Of a stretch of 64,000 nt of DNA, positions 60,481-64,000 are shown piece by piece. The stretch is from Dimorphilus gyrociliatus. Lineage: Eukaryota; Animalia; Annelida. How positions within the stretch are numbered: the stretch's first letter is position 1; each line of letters begins with the position of its first letter. A program made the translations under genes and the position numbers. The notes beneath the pieces are model-generated. The model did not search any database. It saw only the letters and a list, made by a program, of their open reading frames with translations, and had not been told where the DNA came from. The DNA is taken from positions 1 to 64,000 of the forward strand of contig CAJFCJ010000083.1 in the NCBI GenBank assembly GCA_904063045.1, given 5' to 3'.

Positions 60481-63400
60481 TTATTTTNNNNNNNNNNAAA
60501 AATAAGACAAAATAAATTTAGTAAAGTTGAAATTGTTGAGCAAAGGTAAAACATCACTGAAAAAATAAATGAATTGTTGAAAATTGAAGTGATTCAATAA
60601 CTTTTTAAAAGTGAAAATGTTACTTTTCAGAATTGATAAATCGAGCAATTGATTGCAAGAATTTGTTAAAAATCCATTCCTTTTACACTCGTCATTCAAA
60701 TTTAAAAATTGAATGAAACAGCAAAATTTAAATTTAGAGGTTTTCAATGTTTTTAGTGATTTCAAATTATAGAGATTAACTCTTTCAAATTCTTTTCCAC
60801 TGAATGAAATATTTTCAATGTTTAACAATTGCAAACTACTCAGAGAATTTAGGAAGTCTTTTGAATAGTATTTTAATTGAGAATTTGATAAATCAAAAGA
60901 TAATAGATATTTAAGATTAATTGAAGTATTCATTGAAAAGTTGAATATTTTTGAATAGCTGAAATCTAAATGTAATAATGAACTATGAAAGAGAAATTTA
61001 AAAGGAGAAAGAACTCCAAGTTGATTTTTGGAGAAGATAATCTGTTGAATTTTCTTAATATTTCTAAATTCACCAGAAGAAACTGAATATATTTGATTTT
61101 TTGTAAAATTTAAAATTATTAAATTATTAAGGCGTTGAATCATCTCTATATCTTTTAGTTGACCATTGAAAACTGTTAATTTTGTAATTTCTTCATTATA
61201 CGCTCCTATTATCATATTTAATGTTTGAACGGCGGGAAAATTTTCAAAAATTACACTCTTCCACTTGTATTTCAAACTTTTAATTGTTCTATTCAACATG
61301 CTCGTACAGTAGATAACCAGAAATGCTCTGCAATGACATTCTCTAGGGCAATTCTCTTCTTTAAAACTGCAAATATTTCTATCCAGATCATCAGCATAAT
61401 GGCAATTGTCTTTTGTCGATTTGGTTAAAGAATTTCTTGTGCACAACTCATACAAAGGTAGAAATGTATTTTGTCTTCTGCATTTGTATAACCCTCTTCC
61501 TATGAATTTAACTATTGGAAAAGTTTCATTTGTCAAAGATTAAGTGGAAAAATGCCTTAGCTTACAGTCTTCACACCCTTCTTCATCATCTCCAAATATA
61601 CATTGATTCACACCGTCGCAAATTAGGTTAGCATTTGTACAATATTGATAAAATTTGCATTTATATTGACCAGGTTTGCAAATCCAACTTTCGCAATTTT
61701 CCAACTCTCTCCAGGGAAAATAGTTTCTTGATGCGAGGAAACCAAAACTGTGATATCTTAGCTGACATCTAAACAATAATTTCCTATGTTCACTAATCAA
61801 TTCTATAAATTCACACACAAATTGAACTTTATAATAATCAAAAGGTCACTTTTTACTTACTTTGCTGAAGGATGCTATCTTCTATAGAATCTATTTTTAG
61901 TTGGGAGGGAAATTTAAGAAACAGCCCTAATGTTGTTTTTATAAATTTTATATGAATGAAACTTTACAATTAACTTTGGAAAAGAAGATTGACTTGAAAT
62001 TCCAGTTTTGATCAATATTAGTAGATTGCCGTGTCAACAATAAGGAATCATACATTGAAATCTCCACTCCTTTTTCTCTTAATTTCATATCATTGATATT
62101 TAATTCAAATTTCTTTGTTCTATAATCAAAATTCAAACTGTCGTAGTTGTCATCTTTGGAAAGAAAAGGTAAAAAATTGGGCTATTAAATTTCGATTAAG
62201 ACTTACGAGAACATATTTCTACATCGCTCCTATCGATACAATAAGGCATTTGAGCACATTGCTCAACATTTGGAATACACTGATTATTAACGCATAAACT
62301 AGATGGAGAGAAAAGGGAGAGGGTGAATGTAAACAGTTCTAATAGTTCCCTTACACTCTTTCAACCTTTTCTCCGGGAAGAGATGCACACTTCTCTGAAG
62401 CTATACATAAAGTGATTTTAATGCCTATTTCTAATATTTAGTTAAATAGAACCCACCGCAGTTTTCCTCATCACTTTTATCTTTGCAGTCGTCGATAAAG
62501 TCGCAAACAAGGTTAACACTTATACTTTGATTACCGTTTGAACAAAAGAATAGGTTCTCAGTTAATCTTGAACAATCTTTCTCATCCGAATCATCGCTAC
62601 AGTCGGAATGTCCATCGCATTCATATTTTATATTAATACAGAATCCGTCACTTTTGCATTGGAATAAAGATTGCTTTGAACAGCTTGTTACTTCTTCCTT
62701 GGCATTTAGATGAAAAATTTGGGGCAAGTCAACTTTCATATCTTTGTTTTTAGAATAGAATTAAAAATACGAATATTAGAATTTTTATTTACCAGTTTTC
62801 TTTTCGCAAATGATATATTTGAATAGCGGAGTTGAACAGTTAGTATAAATGAGTTCCAAATGATTGAATTCGCCATTTCTAGAGAAATATGGACACGCTG
62901 TCTTCAATTTGTTTAAATTGTCTGAAAAACTTTTTTTTTTCATTCATTTAAACAGATTATAGCATTTGCAAGAAAACAAACAGTTTTTTATTGTATAGTA
63001 GGCTTGTTGGCCAAAATCCTATGATATCAATAGGGACATTATCTCTATTAAGTAGAATCTCATTTTTGTAAACTGTATTGTTAACTCTATGCAAATGACA
63101 TTTATTGTTATTGGGATTAATTGCCTTATCTAATCTCTTACCTCTTCTTCAAAAAACCTGTTGTAGAAGGAAAAAACGAGAAGAAAGAGTATTTTGTTTA
63201 AGAGGTTAATAAAAATATAAAGTTTATTTTATACCAAAAGGAAAGATTTTTCAAAATCTCAGTATTCACTCTCATTTCAATAGTATTGATGATTAGAGAT
63301 TCTACAAGTCTTGCCTCATCTCTATGAGAAACACCAACCAATTTATTCTCACAAACACTGATACTTTTAGTATAAGATATAGGCTTATTAAATTTGCAAA

Positions 63401-63996
63401 CATAGTAACAACTATTCATATATATAAATTTTTCTAGACAGTTTCCAACACTCTTTGAACAATCCTTGGAATTGAACATTACATAATGTACATTCATAAA
63501 GCTAGATAATAAACGTACTATTATAACTAGATTTCGTTTTACTGCACATCAATTGAATACTCGAAATATGAAATCTACTCAACCATTCTTCCATGAAATG
63601 TTCAATTCTACACTTTTCAAAAGATTTGGCAAGCGTGCAATTAATTACAAAAAAGGCAAAATTTTTGTGTTTATTTTCCTTGAATAGATGAATTACACCG
63701 GCAGAAAAACCAAAATATTTGCAAGCCATTTACACTTGTTCGTAATCAAATTCAAAATACGAAGCTGGATACCAATAGTCATTGTAGAATATTTCAATCA
63801 TTCCAGTATATTTACTGCCATCGTCTATAACTGAACTATCTTTTACAATCTTCTCATTATTCTTTAATCTTGTCACAAAATCTTTTACTTGAGGTAATCG
63901 CTTATTACCGTCCAATAGAAAATGTCTGTTGATAGACTGTTTTAAGCATTGAATACCAAGAATTTGATGGTCAAAATAGCTATATCTCTTTTTCAT
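60481..63996 (-). CDS. GRL101-like paralog E (SRCR-like-CTL-LDLa-LRR); 5' end off-window, 3' end at an N-gap
   Basis: ACKYFGFSAG..INC; CTL YMNSCYYVC; LDLa FQCKSDGFCINIKYECDGHSDCSDDSDEKDC; CPRECHC LRR cap; LRRs; FKFCCF. Confidence 0.82.
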
Positions 63997-64000
63997 TAAT

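Noticed and set aside
1-64000. Species assignment (compact-genome annelid or other lophotrochozoan suspected)
   Set aside because: Suggested only by tiny introns, AT richness and the gene families present; it cannot be established without a database search.

Overview
AT-rich animal (probably invertebrate) genomic DNA with very short introns. No prokaryotic operons, rRNA, tRNA or CRISPR were seen. (1) Positions 1-17979 hold two same-strand (-) copies of an envelope-bearing Ty3/gypsy LTR retroelement with 635-bp TGTAC..GTACA LTRs, a tRNA-Ser-type PBS and a PPT; a solo LTR lies at 36064-36699 and older remnants lie further right. Its layout is unusual: Gag-PR-RT-RNaseH-IN is followed by a SECOND complete retropepsin protease, an acidic repeat linker and a herpes-gB/chuvirus-like (class III) Env. 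Comparing the two copies suggests all of this may be one ~2,650-aa ORF whose breaks are consensus errors. (2) Positions 18.2-32.5 kb hold a head-to-head pair of SRCR-like/C-type lectin/LDLa/LRR GPCR (GRL101-like) genes. They share near-identical 3,226-bp inverted arms inside otherwise diverged paralogs; three more partial or degenerate paralogs lie to the right. (3) Other host genes encode a CBM14x2-TSP1-C1q x3 secreted protein, an RNI-like LRR protein, an EGF-collagen and several pseudogenes. (4) There are many FLYWCH-MULE remnants, MULE MITEs with 9-bp TSDs and a Tc1 relic. Assembly quality is imperfect (homopolymer indels, N at 9773, N-gap 60488-60497). All family calls come from motif recognition by eye; no searches were run.
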